Source: Eledone cirrhosa (Eukaryota). From it: a stretch of DNA of 64,000 nucleotides. Of this stretch, positions 52,911-64,000 are shown piece by piece. How positions within the stretch are numbered: the stretch's first letter is position 1; each line of letters begins with the position of its first letter. The DNA is taken from contig OZ024742.1 in the NCBI GenBank assembly GCA_964016885.1, forward strand, positions 301,134,001 through 301,198,000, read 5' to 3'. The position numbers were made by a program, and so were the translations under genes. The notes below the pieces were generated by a model that had not been told where the DNA came from, made no database searches, and saw nothing but the letters and a program-made list of their open reading frames with translations.

Positions 52911-55900
52911 CTTGAGGACGAAAATGCGAGCATGCCTCTTTGTTTCGGCCGCGGATGGCTAACATAACCCCATCTCCCCCCGCTCCCCACCTTTCCAACC
53001 CCCCAAACGCAATCCAAAACTTCAGATTTGGTACCTTGAATGTAGGCACCTTAAAGGGTCGCTCTAACGAGATTGTAGAAATGCTTGAACGTAAGGAGGT
53101 CGATGTTTGTTGTATTCAAGAGACCAGGTGGAGGGGTGGATCTGCTAGATACATTGTGGGTAGAAAACGATGCTATAAGCTTTTCTGGGTGGGAAACGAC
53201 AATGGGCTGGGTGGAGTAGGAATCATGGTAGCAGAAAAGTGGGCAGATAAGATAATAGACGTAAATAGAGTGAACGACAGAATAATTAAAATAAGACTTG
53301 TCCTCAATAGAACTACGGTGACAGTAATATCCGCGTACGCACCCCAATCCGGACTGCCCAGCACTATAAAAGACAGATTCTATGAGACACTGATGCTCAC
53401 TACCTCCCAAATAACCGACAGTGACTATATAATTATTGCAGGCGACCTAAACGGTCACGTTGGACAACATTGTGACGGCTACGACGAAATCCATGGAGGC
53501 TATGAGTTTGGTACTAGAAATGAGGAAGGCTCCAGAATCCTGGAATTCTGCGACGCAAATAACCTAACTATCTGCAACACTAACTTCAAAAAACGAGACA
53601 ATCACTTGATCACCTACAGATCAGGGGAACATACTAGCCAGGTAGATTATATCCTTACCAGAAGACGTGACAAAGTGACTGTCGTAAACACTAAATCCCT
53701 CCCCCATGAAGAATGCACTTCCCAACATAGACTGATAATTAGCGACCTAATAGTCAGGACGAGACGTACTAGACAACAGAAGAGGACTATCCTCAGGAGA
53801 AAAATATGGAAGCTAAAGGACCCCACAGCCAAAAATAAATTCCAAAGCATATTACTTGATGCTTTCGACAGTGAGGAAGAGCAATTAGAGACGTACAAGG
53901 TAGAGGAACAGTGGGAATTCCTGAAAGCAAACCTGCTGACGGCGGCAGACGAAGTCTGTGGCTGGAACAGGCCTGTAGGCAGGAGGAGAGTAACATGGTG
54001 GTGGAACAGTAAGGTGGAGGGGTCAATTAAGGCCAAAAAGCAGGCTTGGAAAGTATGGCGGGATGGGGGAAGCAGAGAAGACTATCAAGTGGCCAGGAGG
54101 GAAGCTAGGAGACAAGTGTACTTCGCAAGAAGGGAAGCAGAGGAAAGAAAGTTCAAGCATGTTCTACAACGTGAGGTGTTCAGGATTGCTAGGCAATGTG
54201 TCAAGGAAAACAGTGATATTGTCGGGGAGAAGTGTGTACTTAACGATGACGGCATACTTGCCATCACCGACGCCGATAAGAAGGTAGCTTGGAAGTGTCA
54301 CTATGAAAGGCTACTAAATGAGGAGAATAAATGGGAGAAAGACAGTCTCCCCCACATCGACCCAATAGAGGGACCAGCAGTGTTAGTCGAAGGTAGTATA
54401 ATAAGTAAGGCAATCAAAGATATGAAGACAGGCAAGGCGGCTGGGCCTTCGGAAATAGTTGCTGAGATGCTGAAGGCATCTGGTACGGTGGGACACACCA
54501 TGGTCACCCGGATAGTCAACCAAGTCATACAGAATGGGGTTGTTCCGAAGGACTGGCGCAGCAGCATTATCGTTAACTGTTATAAGGGTAAAGGAGATGC
54601 CCTAGATAGGAGTAACTATAGAGGCATTAAATTAATCGACCAGGTCATGAAGGTCACGGAAAAAGTTATAGCGCAACTAATCAGAGAGCGAATTGATCTA
54701 GATGAAATGCAGTTCGGGTTTGTGTCAGGAAAAAGTACCACAGACGCTCTTTTCATTGTACAACTACAGGAGAAGTACCTAGCTAAAAGTAAACCCCTAT
54801 ACTTAGCTTTCGTCGACTTGGAGAAGGCCTTCGACAGAGTCCCCCCGTTCCATTATCTGATGGGCTCTTAGAAAACTAGGTGTTGATGAATGGCTTGTGA
54901 GAGCTATACAAGCCATGTATAAAGAAACAGTCAGCAAGGTTAGAATTAACAACGAATATAGTGAAGAGTTTAGTGTAAAAGTTGGTGTTCATCAGGGCTC
55001 TGTTCTTAGCCCCCTACTATTTATTATTGCCCTCCAGGCTATAACAGTGGAGTTCAAGACCGGCTGCCCATGGGAACTTCTATACGCAGATGATCTAACG
55101 CTCATAGCTGAATCAATGGCCGAGCTAGAGAAGAAATTCCAAACATGGAAGCACGGCCTAGAATCAAAAGGCCTTAAAATTAACCTGGCTAAGACTAAAG
55201 TTCTAGTTTGTAAGAAAGAAAATAAGGCGGCGGTCCCCTCCGGGAAGTGGCCATGCGCAGAGTGTAGGAAAGGCGTAGGTAGAAATTCCATTTTGTGTCC
55301 CAAATGCAAAGTTTGGGTGCATAAAAGATTTAGTGGGATCACAGGTAAGCTAACTAAGAACATAGATTTTACATGTGGCCGGTGTTCCGGGGAAATAAGT
55401 AGCAGCAAGTGCCCACAAAATACTAGCTCTTTCAACTGCGCAGAGGGTTCTATAGAAATAGTGGACAGCTTCCGTTACCTGGGTGACAAAATCAGCAGTG
55501 GGGGAGGGTGCTCTGAAAGTACAGTAGCTAGAGTCAGAACTGGGTGGAAAAAGTTCAGAGAGCTTATACCACTATTAGCCGCTAAAGGGTTCTCCCTAAA
55601 AATGAAAGGCAGGCTGTACGATGCCTGCATACGAACAGCAATGCTGCATGGCAGTGAGACCTGGGCATTGTGTGCAGAGGATATACACAGACTAGAGAGG
55701 AACGAAGCTTGCATGCTCCGCTGGATGTGTAATAGTAATATACGTGAACGACAAAGCATAAACGAACTAAGGAAAAAATTAGAAATAAGAGGGATCAGAT
55801 GTTGTTTACTAGAGAGAAGGCTACGTTGGTATGGTCACGTGATGCGCATGAAGGACGATAGCTGTATAACAAAGTGCAGGGCAATAAAGATAGACGGTAG

Positions 55901-56420
55901 CCACGGAATAGGCAGACCCAGAAAAACCTGGGACGAGCTGATAAACTCCGACCTCACACACTTACACCTCACCAAGACAATGTCACTGGACCGAGACCTT
56001 TGGCGGTACTCAGTAATAGAGAAGACCCGCCTTACCTAAATACAAAGTAAAACCTACTACAGTCAGTAGGCATCTCTAACAAAATACACCCCCGCCGCAC
56101 CCCATCCACACCGCCCCCTTCTATGTAAAGTTATGTTGGTGCCACACCATCCAGGCCGAAACAAATGAGATCGTGTCGGTGTCACGACAAAAAAACACAC
56201 AGTCCACGCTGTAATGTGGCCGTGTAGGCAACACGGTAAAAACCTCCCAGACCCACACTGTAAATGTGGTTGGTGTTAGGAAGGGCATCCAACTGTAGAA
56301 AACCTGCCAGACAGTCCTATGCGAGCAAGACAATCACTCTTGCCTCAAGTGGGAATACCCCCGTCCAAACCCATGCAAGTGTGGAACACGGACGTTAAAC
56401 GTTGATGATGATGATGATGA
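52911..56420 (+). mobile_element. Near full-length RTE-clade LINE (APE endonuclease + RT + PHD-type finger) in an SCD intron; ORF disrupted
   Basis: APE motifs GTLNVGTL, CIQETRW, SAYAPQ, GDLNGHVG and VDYIL. RT motifs QFGF, FVDLEKAFDRV, GVHQGSVLSPLLF, YADD and FRYLG. (GAT)n tail. Extra C in the run at 54841-54846 and TGG>TGA at 54858-54860 relative to the 29 kb copy. The 5' boundary is approximate. Confidence 0.96.
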
Positions 56421-57894
56421 TTACATTCTTTTATGGTGTCACAACATGAAGCCTTTCAGCTCTCACCCTCTGCTACAAAATGCTATTTGTCAATTGAACC
56501 TGGAGAAGGTAGTGAATATGCAAAGTTGACAAGGGTTCCAAATAATAATAATAGTGGTGGTGGTGAAATATCGATAATATTTCTAAGTTGTCTCCCTTGA
56601 TTTTTTTTTCTTTTTTTTTTTTTTCTTTTTTTTTAAAACAAGTATTAGTCTAGTTTAGTTTAGTTTACATATTGGGATTCCAACCCAACCTATTTATCTT
56701 ATAACATTTGAGATTTCTTGTAATGTTTTTTTTATTTTTTGTCATATATAATGTTTATAAAAAAATTATTACAGGAGTGCTACCACTTAAAATAAAATTT
56801 TGCCAGAGATAGATTAGGAAAATTTAAAGGGGGGGGGGGATTCGAGACCTGAGTGTTACTGAAGAACTCGGGTGTACAAGTTGACAAAAATCACAACTAT
56901 ATATGTTACTGATGAAGATCACAACCATATCTTACTGAAAACTGATATTCATCAGTAATTTGGGTGTCCCAGGTGGCCATATTTAATCAGATATTTCTGG
57001 TGGCCTTCTATATTGCTGAACATTATTTTGGTTCTGTATCTGTTGCAGCCAGGTCAGCTGCAGTTCATGTTACATTTGCATATTGACTTTTGATATTGGC
57101 AGATGGTGTGTGTTGTCTATTTCAGGTGGATTCTTGTGTCACTGTGTTTGGGTCATCCTTCTTTACCTGTGATGCCCTACAATGTCACAGGCCCACTGGG
57201 GCAGGGGGATTCTCTGTGTTCCACTTGATTCTATTAAACAAAATTCTTGCATGGTTTAGAATGAACAAAGCAATGATTTGTCCCATCATTTCCATAGAAT
57301 TTACAAGTGATATGAGGACAGTTGTTTCATGTTTTTATGTTTGTTTTAAGATTTTTTTTCTTTTTATGTTCTGCCTAATTGTAGCTTGTCCAATTGATTT
57401 TCCTTTTTGATCTTGGAAACAACTTTGACTCCATTACTGTGATCAGTAGTAGTGTTGTGACTAGACACGTTCATGGTTGTGTTCACACTAGCTTTCTCAC
57501 TCATATTGTTACCCTGCCCATTCACACCCATCCTTTATAATATAGCATATGGTTTGACAAGAGAGTAAAAACATATGAACTCTGTCTTCTTCCTGACTAT
57601 CTGGACCATAAATTTGTAGAAGCTATAGCTATTCTAAACCTTGGTGATGTGATGGTTAGGTGGAGGCGACTCAGCAACGCTACATGCTATTAAGGAGGCC
57701 AAACCTGAGTTCAACTTGCCAGTTTCATTTCACTTTTTGTATGTTGTTGGCATCCATCTCCTTGTTTTGTTAGATCTCAATGAATGAGATGGGGACAAAC
57801 CTGATATGGAGTGCATATAACAGGACAAAATAGTGAGGAGAAAACTTCTTTGTTGTTGTTAGAAGTAGAAGAAGAAGAGCTGACAACAGTGTAT

Positions 57895-58046
57895 ATGTTC
57901 AAACTGGCCATAACTAGCCACTCAAACATATTGTTCTAAAAATAAATATCAAAATCTCATAGATTCGATATTATGAGATAATTATGTGAGGTAAAGCCTT
58001 TACCTTGAAAATATAGTAAATATAGAGTAATGTAAATACTAAAGGG
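57895..58046 (+). mobile_element. piggyBac-type MITE, partial copy
   Basis: Right two-thirds of the same family, ending AAAGGG|TTAA. Confidence 0.75.
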
Positions 58047-58279
58047 TTAAAAACACTCATAAAAATAATTTGCTCTGTAGTTTGAATACTCGGTGACATA
58101 TAAGATCATCATTCCCCCAAAATGGATGGCACTCTGTTTCAATTGAATATTCACATCAACACTTGGAGTTCTAAGTAGAACACTCACGTATATTATAGTG
58201 TCTACAGATTTTAGTAATTTATGTAAAAAAAAAAAGAATCCCCAAAACATTATTATTATTTCTTTCTGTCTCATTGCAG

Positions 58280-58700
58280 ATATTATGCTGTGTCAGTTAT
58301 AATCTTTTGTTTCGCTATCCCTACACTGGTTCCTTATATTTTCTGGAATGAGAACCTGTGGAATGCTTACTTCCTAGCGGGTATCCTGCGTTACTGCTGC
58401 GGTTTGAACGCCACCTGGCTGGTAAACAGTGCCGCTCACATGTGGGGTTATCGACCTTACGACAGACGAATCAACCCAGCCGAGAACATCTGTGTCAGCC
58501 TGGGCAGCATGGGTGAGGGCTTTCATAACTACCACCACACTTTCCCACAGGACTATGCTACTAGCGAATATGGCTGGCGGATCAATCTTACCACATTATT
58601 CATTGACTTCATGGCACTTTTCGGTCAAGCTTACGACAGGAAAACAATTGACCGTGAAACAGTTCGACGACGAAGACAGAGAACTGGTACACCCCTCTAA
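58280..58700 (+). CDS. SCD: SCD coding exon 4 (third His box, stop TAA)
   Basis: Acceptor ttgcag ends at 58279. Encodes YYAVSVIIFCFAIPT...NATWLVNSAAHMWGYRPYD...GEGFHNYHHTFPQDY...RRRQRTGTPL*. Confidence 0.97.
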
Positions 58701-58939
58701 CTGCAGCTCTCTCTATCTGTCTTTCACTATATATCTATTTCTATCTCTTTCTCTCTCTCTCTCTTCTCCTCCTCCTCACTCTTTTCAATACTTTGTCCCC
58801 CACCCTCCCTCCAAAAACCACAATATTTATCTATTGAAGTTTACATTATATATATAATATATATATATATGAAAATGGTTAGATACATGTATAGACACAT
58901 GCACTCACACACGTGTGTATTTGTATGTGTGTACATGTG

Positions 58940-58999
<60 letters not shown>

Positions 59000-59276
59000 T
59001 ATGCATACATGATTATATATAATTTATGTGAGTTCCAAAGTTAATTCATGTTAGACTTGAATTGTGATTAAGTTGGATATTCTGTCTATAGTGATATCCT
59101 ATCTCTCCATCAATGTAGCCACCTTTTAGGTTGTATGCTCAATTTGGAACAAACCAGACAAAATGGCCAGCAGGGCATGACTCAGAGCCTTTACACATGT
59201 TCCTCCAGAAGAATGATAGTTGTTTCTGAGAACATTGCCATTTTATTTTTCTTTCTTTCTTTATTATTATTATTAT

Positions 59277-59495
59277 AGAGCGGTTGATTGGCAGAATCGG
59301 TAGAGCGTTGGACACCATGCTTTGCAGCATAGTTATGTCCCTTTACATTCTGAGTTCAAATCCCGCTGAAGTTAGCTTTGCCTTTCATCCATACAGGGTC
59401 GATAAACTAAAGCACCAGTCACGCACTGGGGTTGATTTAATCGACTTTGCCTTCCCACTAAATTGCTGGCCTTGTGCCTATAGTAGAAATCATCA
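59277..59495 (+). mobile_element. Family A-related SINE downstream of the SCD stop (possibly in the 3' UTR)
   Basis: A/B boxes, central domain and (CAT/TAT)n tail. Confidence 0.82.
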
Positions 59496-60016
59496 TCATC
59501 ATCATCATCATTATTATTATTATTGAAGGTCATAGTTAAGACATTTGTTGTTGCTCTGAGCTGCAACTATGCTTCTTCAAATTTGGAGTCTCTCTCTCTC
59601 TAAATGGCACTTTACTGTCTCTGTACCCCATGTGCACTCAGAAATATTGCTTTCTCCATTTAATAATTGTTCCAATTTGGTATGTGCTGCAGCAGGATTT
59701 ATAAAATGTTTGTTTTCTGGAGAAGGATTTCTATTCTTTTCCGATAATCTGCTGTTGTCACAACCTTTGGGTCACGTATATATTCTGAGGCTTATTACGC
59801 CAGTCATAGTGTAGCATGTGTGGAGCATTGCATCTTATCTGATTAAGAACAGAGGAATATACAAATGTTTGAACATATATATATATATATAGTAAAATTC
59901 TGATAACCAGACTATTCTAGTGTACCAAATATATTGATGGTGTCTGCTATTCTCTTTGATCTCTTGAAATATTCCTTGATCAAGATGTAATTCTGTGGAG
60001 CTTCTAACGTTATTTA

Positions 60017-60092
<76 letters not shown>

Positions 60093-60288
60093 ACTAGCAA
60101 TGGCTATATACTTACTCATATCAAACATTATTTCCTCTCTGGCCTCTTACATTGCTGATTGTCTATGGTTGTGTCGTACTGGATAGATAGATGGATGTCT
60201 TTGGCATGTTATAAAGGAAATTTGCAGCTGCAATTTGAGAGTATCTTCAAGGTATTTGGTCAAACACACACATATGCATATATTTTAT

Positions 60289-60391
<103 letters not shown>

Positions 60392-60747
60392 TGTACATAA
60401 ATATGTATATATTTTTCTCCCACCCCTCTCCATAACCTGATACTAGGAGGAAACATTTCTGTATTGACGTCCATTGCTTTTGTTGCAGCTGTATCTGTCT
60501 TCTGCATTTAGCTGCAACACAGTCCTAACTAAAAGTCAAAGAAAAAAAAAACTGAATAAATATATAACATTTTTTTAAAAAATTGCCTGAAAATTCCCAA
60601 AATGGTGAACAACAATCCAGCATTACAGCTATTCCTTGATTTCTACAAGCTGATACCCCCTCTCTCTCTTCCCCCCTTTCACCTTTTCAACTTGCTTTTC
60701 CGACTTGCCTTCCTCTTCTCCCTCTAATTATATTTACATACACATAC

Positions 60748-60816
<69 letters not shown>

Positions 60817-61419
60817 TAAATAATCACTGTTTTTGTTCCGATTCACAATCTTTCCTTTTATTTTCATTCTTTCATTCCCTTTCCCATTTTTAAATCCCCC
60901 CCTCCCTCTCTCACATACACTGCTTGCTTATGGTTATCCATTGAATCTGATGAGGAGCTTTCATTTTCATATCTTCATCTTTTAATGATTACGTATCCCA
61001 TTCATTGATATATGGGCTTTGGTGGAAGATGGAACATATATACATATATACTTGTAGAAGACAGCTGTAGCTCTATGTATACCTACTTTCTCATTTCTTC
61101 TTCTGATGCCCAATGCATTTCTTTTCCATGCCTTCAATCCCTTTCAAACTCTGAGATTGCCAATGTAGCAGACAGAATGAGTTTTCTACTGTTGAAGGCT
61201 CCATTTTCCTCTTTTCAGTGTGCTCTTTGCTCTCCCAACCACTTCACCCCAGGTTTCTCATTCTTTCCAACTCTTGCATTGTAATCTCTCATTATGATAG
61301 TGTTGTCCTGCAATGGGATCTTAGTCAGATGCCTAGTGTAAATAAGGCTTCTTGAAAGTAGGATTTTAGCTGGTAGGGTTAGTGCATTTAGGTGATACAG
61401 TGGTTCTTAACAAGGAGAA

Positions 61420-61762
61420 TACAGATTGTTTCACACATCAAACCTAACCCCATGTTGATGGTGTCTCAATCAGTTTGATCAACAGATTGTCTCTCATATC
61501 AAGAGCTAACCCCATGCTGATGATGTCTCAATCAGTTTGATCAACAGATTGTCTCTCATATCAAAGCTAACCCCATGTTGATGGTGTCTCAATCAGTTTG
61601 ATCAACAGATTGTCTCTCATATCAGAGCTAACCCCATGCTGATGATGTCTCAATCAGTTTGATCAACAGATTGTCTCTCATATCAGAGCTAACCCCATGC
61701 TGATGATGTCTCAATCAGTTTAACAGAATGTCTTTCACATCAAAGCTAACCCCATGTTGATG
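61420..61762. repeat. ~61-bp minisatellite, ~5.5 copies
   Basis: Unit ~ACAGATTGTCTCTCATATCAGAGCTAACCCCATGCTGATGATGTCTCAATCAGTTTGATCA. Confidence 0.93.
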
Positions 61763-64000
61763 TTGTGCTGAGTGGACAATATTTAGGTTACCTATTCTAG
61801 GTCCTTCTTAGGCTGGGGTGTTAGGGTTTCACACACACAAATACTCACACATAGACATGCACATACATACAGGCACATATACACATACATACATTTATTT
61901 ATTACCTCTTTTAGAACCTTTGGTAAGGTTCACTGAGGAGGAATAATTTCAACGTGAAGCAAGTGCGTGTGTGTGTGCCACAGCATTCCCTGTATCAGTC
62001 CACTATACACCCACCCCCTGGGGAAGAAGGGTTAACAATAAGATAAGTAGTTTTTTTTTGTTTGTATTTTTTATAACCATCTTAAATTTTTCTTCATTTT
62101 TCTTTGTTTTTCTTGTTGTTTTGTTTTGGATTTCACTAGTTTTTATTGTTGCTTCAATAAATTTTACTGACATTTTCCTTTGTCTTTCTATCTCCTGTTT
62201 TGCTGTAAATGTGTGTGTGTGTGCATGTGAGAGAGCATATGTGTGAGTATGTTTTAATATATGAGAGAAAAAGGGTTGAGTACTTTACATATAGCTGAGT
62301 ACTTTACATATAGCTGAGTACCCTACATATAGTAGAGTTGGCTCATTTATTTGAAGCTTAGGCTTTACTCTGTCACTACTCTGAGAGTCTTGTTTCTTTC
62401 ACATTCCTTACATTGATGAATGTTAACACACACACACACACACACACTCTATACCTCTACTTCTTTACCAAACTCTTGACCTCTGTCTCTGTAGATTTTT
62501 TTTTTTAGATTTTTGTGTGTGAATGTATAGCCTTAAGAATGTGTGGTATTGTGTGGTTGTTTCTCATTAATTGAAGGTGTGTAACTTAGTGGTTTGGGTG
62601 TTCAGCTCACAATCATAAGGTTGTGAGTTTGATTCCCGGTGTTGCGTTGTATCCTTGAGCAAGACACTTTATTTCATATTGCTCCAGTTGTATCTGTAAT
62701 TCAAAGAGCCAGCTTTTTCACTCAGTGTATCATGCTGAATCTCTGAGAATTGCATTAAGGGTATATACGTTAATGGAATGGTCAGTTTCTTGGGCATTAG
62801 TTTCTTGAGTTGGCTGTTCCATTGTTATGGAACACTCATAGTTGGAATGTCAGTAACAGCATGTGTGTGTCCACATGTATGTCTCATTATAATGTTTGTG
62901 TCTTTGTTCATTGTATTTCTCTTACACACATACGCGCTGTTAAAGAGAAATATATACCAAATTCCAGCCAATATCAAAGTTGTTAGTTGTTCTACTATAT
63001 TTGTATGTTAAAACAACTGTTGGCCTGGTTTATTCCTCAAACAATCCGTGTGTGACTGTTTTCTTCATTATGATAACTGATAATGGTTTACACCTCTCAC
63101 TTGCACAGTATTTATGTCTATACCCTGGCAGAAACAGAAAAAAAGAGAAAAAAAGAACTGAACAAACTCTGTTTAACTCTACAAGTCAAATATATACCTG
63201 CAGGGGGAAGTATTGCTAGAAGTGTGGTGTAAAGCAATCCAGAGACCCAGTCTTCAGTTACAGGTCAGATAATTATTGCCAGTAAGATTCAGCAAACTTT
63301 GGTGTTTCTGTAAGAGAAATGTTTCATTGCACTTTCTCCTTCCCCCACTGCAATCCTTGCAAGCAGGGAGACTTCAATGATGATGTTGTTCATGATGATT
63401 AGTTAAACTGTTAATTCGTCAGATCTTTTCCTCATCACCACCACCTTGATTCCCTCATCCTATTATTTGCCAGATTTAAACATTTTTTCTTCTTATGTAA
63501 GTTATTTTTCAAAGGCAAGTTGCTAGAAATGCTAGTAGCAGACTAAATGTTTAATGGCATTTACTTACATTCCGTTTGGGTTCAATCCCTGCCAGAATCC
63601 ACTTCACTTTACATGTCTCTTAACATTGCTAAAATAAAAACCATCAGTTGTGTAGTAGGGTGTGAGTTAAATTCTGTCACCTCCTTACAAATCTGACATT
63701 GTAACATTATCATCAACATTTAACGTCTGTTTTCTCTGATAATTTGTAGCAGGTGGCAGCTGATTCCAGCATGAAAAATTCTTTTATTGTCTTATTTTAT
63801 TCAGAAAGACACATAACACACCACATAATTCCCTTTATTTCATTGGTCCACTAAGAAATCATTGTTATCATCACTTTTATTATTATTATTATTTGGATTG
63901 GCAGAATCTTAAGTGTCCAACAAAATGTTTTCCAGCATTTCATTCCGGTTCTTTATATTCTGAGTTCAAATTTCACTAAGTTCAACTTTGCCCTTCATCT

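Larger units (their letters stand above)
38261..58700 (+). other. SCD: Gene model: stearoyl-CoA (acyl-CoA delta-9) desaturase, 4 coding exons, 981-nt CDS, 326 aa
   Basis: Four GT-AG bounded exons join in frame (223+131+206+421=981 nt). His boxes HRLWAH, HRVHH and HNYHH are present, plus ETDADPHN, GFFFSHVGWLL and TWLVNSAAH. No fused cytochrome b5 domain. An acceptor precedes the ATG exon, so an upstream UTR exon must exist. Confidence 0.97.

Noticed and set aside
53051-55759. Minus-strand ORFs overlapping the RTE copies
   Set aside because: Antisense shadows of the LINE ORF with no independent motifs.
52904-56425. ATTACA on both sides of the long RTE as a TSD
   Set aside because: Only 6 bp in AT-rich DNA and the 5' boundary is uncertain; possible but unsupported.
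56907-56958. CTGATGA...GAAA within a 16-bp inverted repeat
   Set aside because: Helices do not fit hammerhead topology; treated as a simple short hairpin.
58429-58857. 142-aa alternate-frame ORF over the last SCD exon
   Set aside because: Non-ATG start, runs into CT repeats and has no recognisable features.

Overview
Eukaryotic, AT-rich, repeat-dominated DNA. The SINE, RTE and microsatellite landscape looks like an octopod cephalopod; this is inferred and the species is not determined. One host gene is supported: a stearoyl-CoA (delta-9) desaturase on the + strand with four coding exons (38281-38503, 47536-47666, 52155-52360, 58280-58700; 981 nt, 326 aa; three His boxes). Its 5' non-coding exon was not located. 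The rest is mobile DNA and simple repeats. This includes four same-strand copies of a young RTE LINE with a PHD-type finger inside its RT, an RTE-X/Proto2-like LINE with a twin-priming inversion, and CRE, R4/Dong-like, CR1-like and mariner relics. There are also two non-autonomous Helitrons, piggyBac- and Tc1/pogo-type MITEs, two tRNA-derived SINE families and several minisatellites. The most unusual signal is a set of short non-coding elements, mostly embedded in (TA)n, that carry minimal hammerhead-ribozyme motifs and long fold-back inversions (Penelope pseudo-LTR-like). All calls were made by eye and no database search was run. There is a 200-N gap at 13150-13349.
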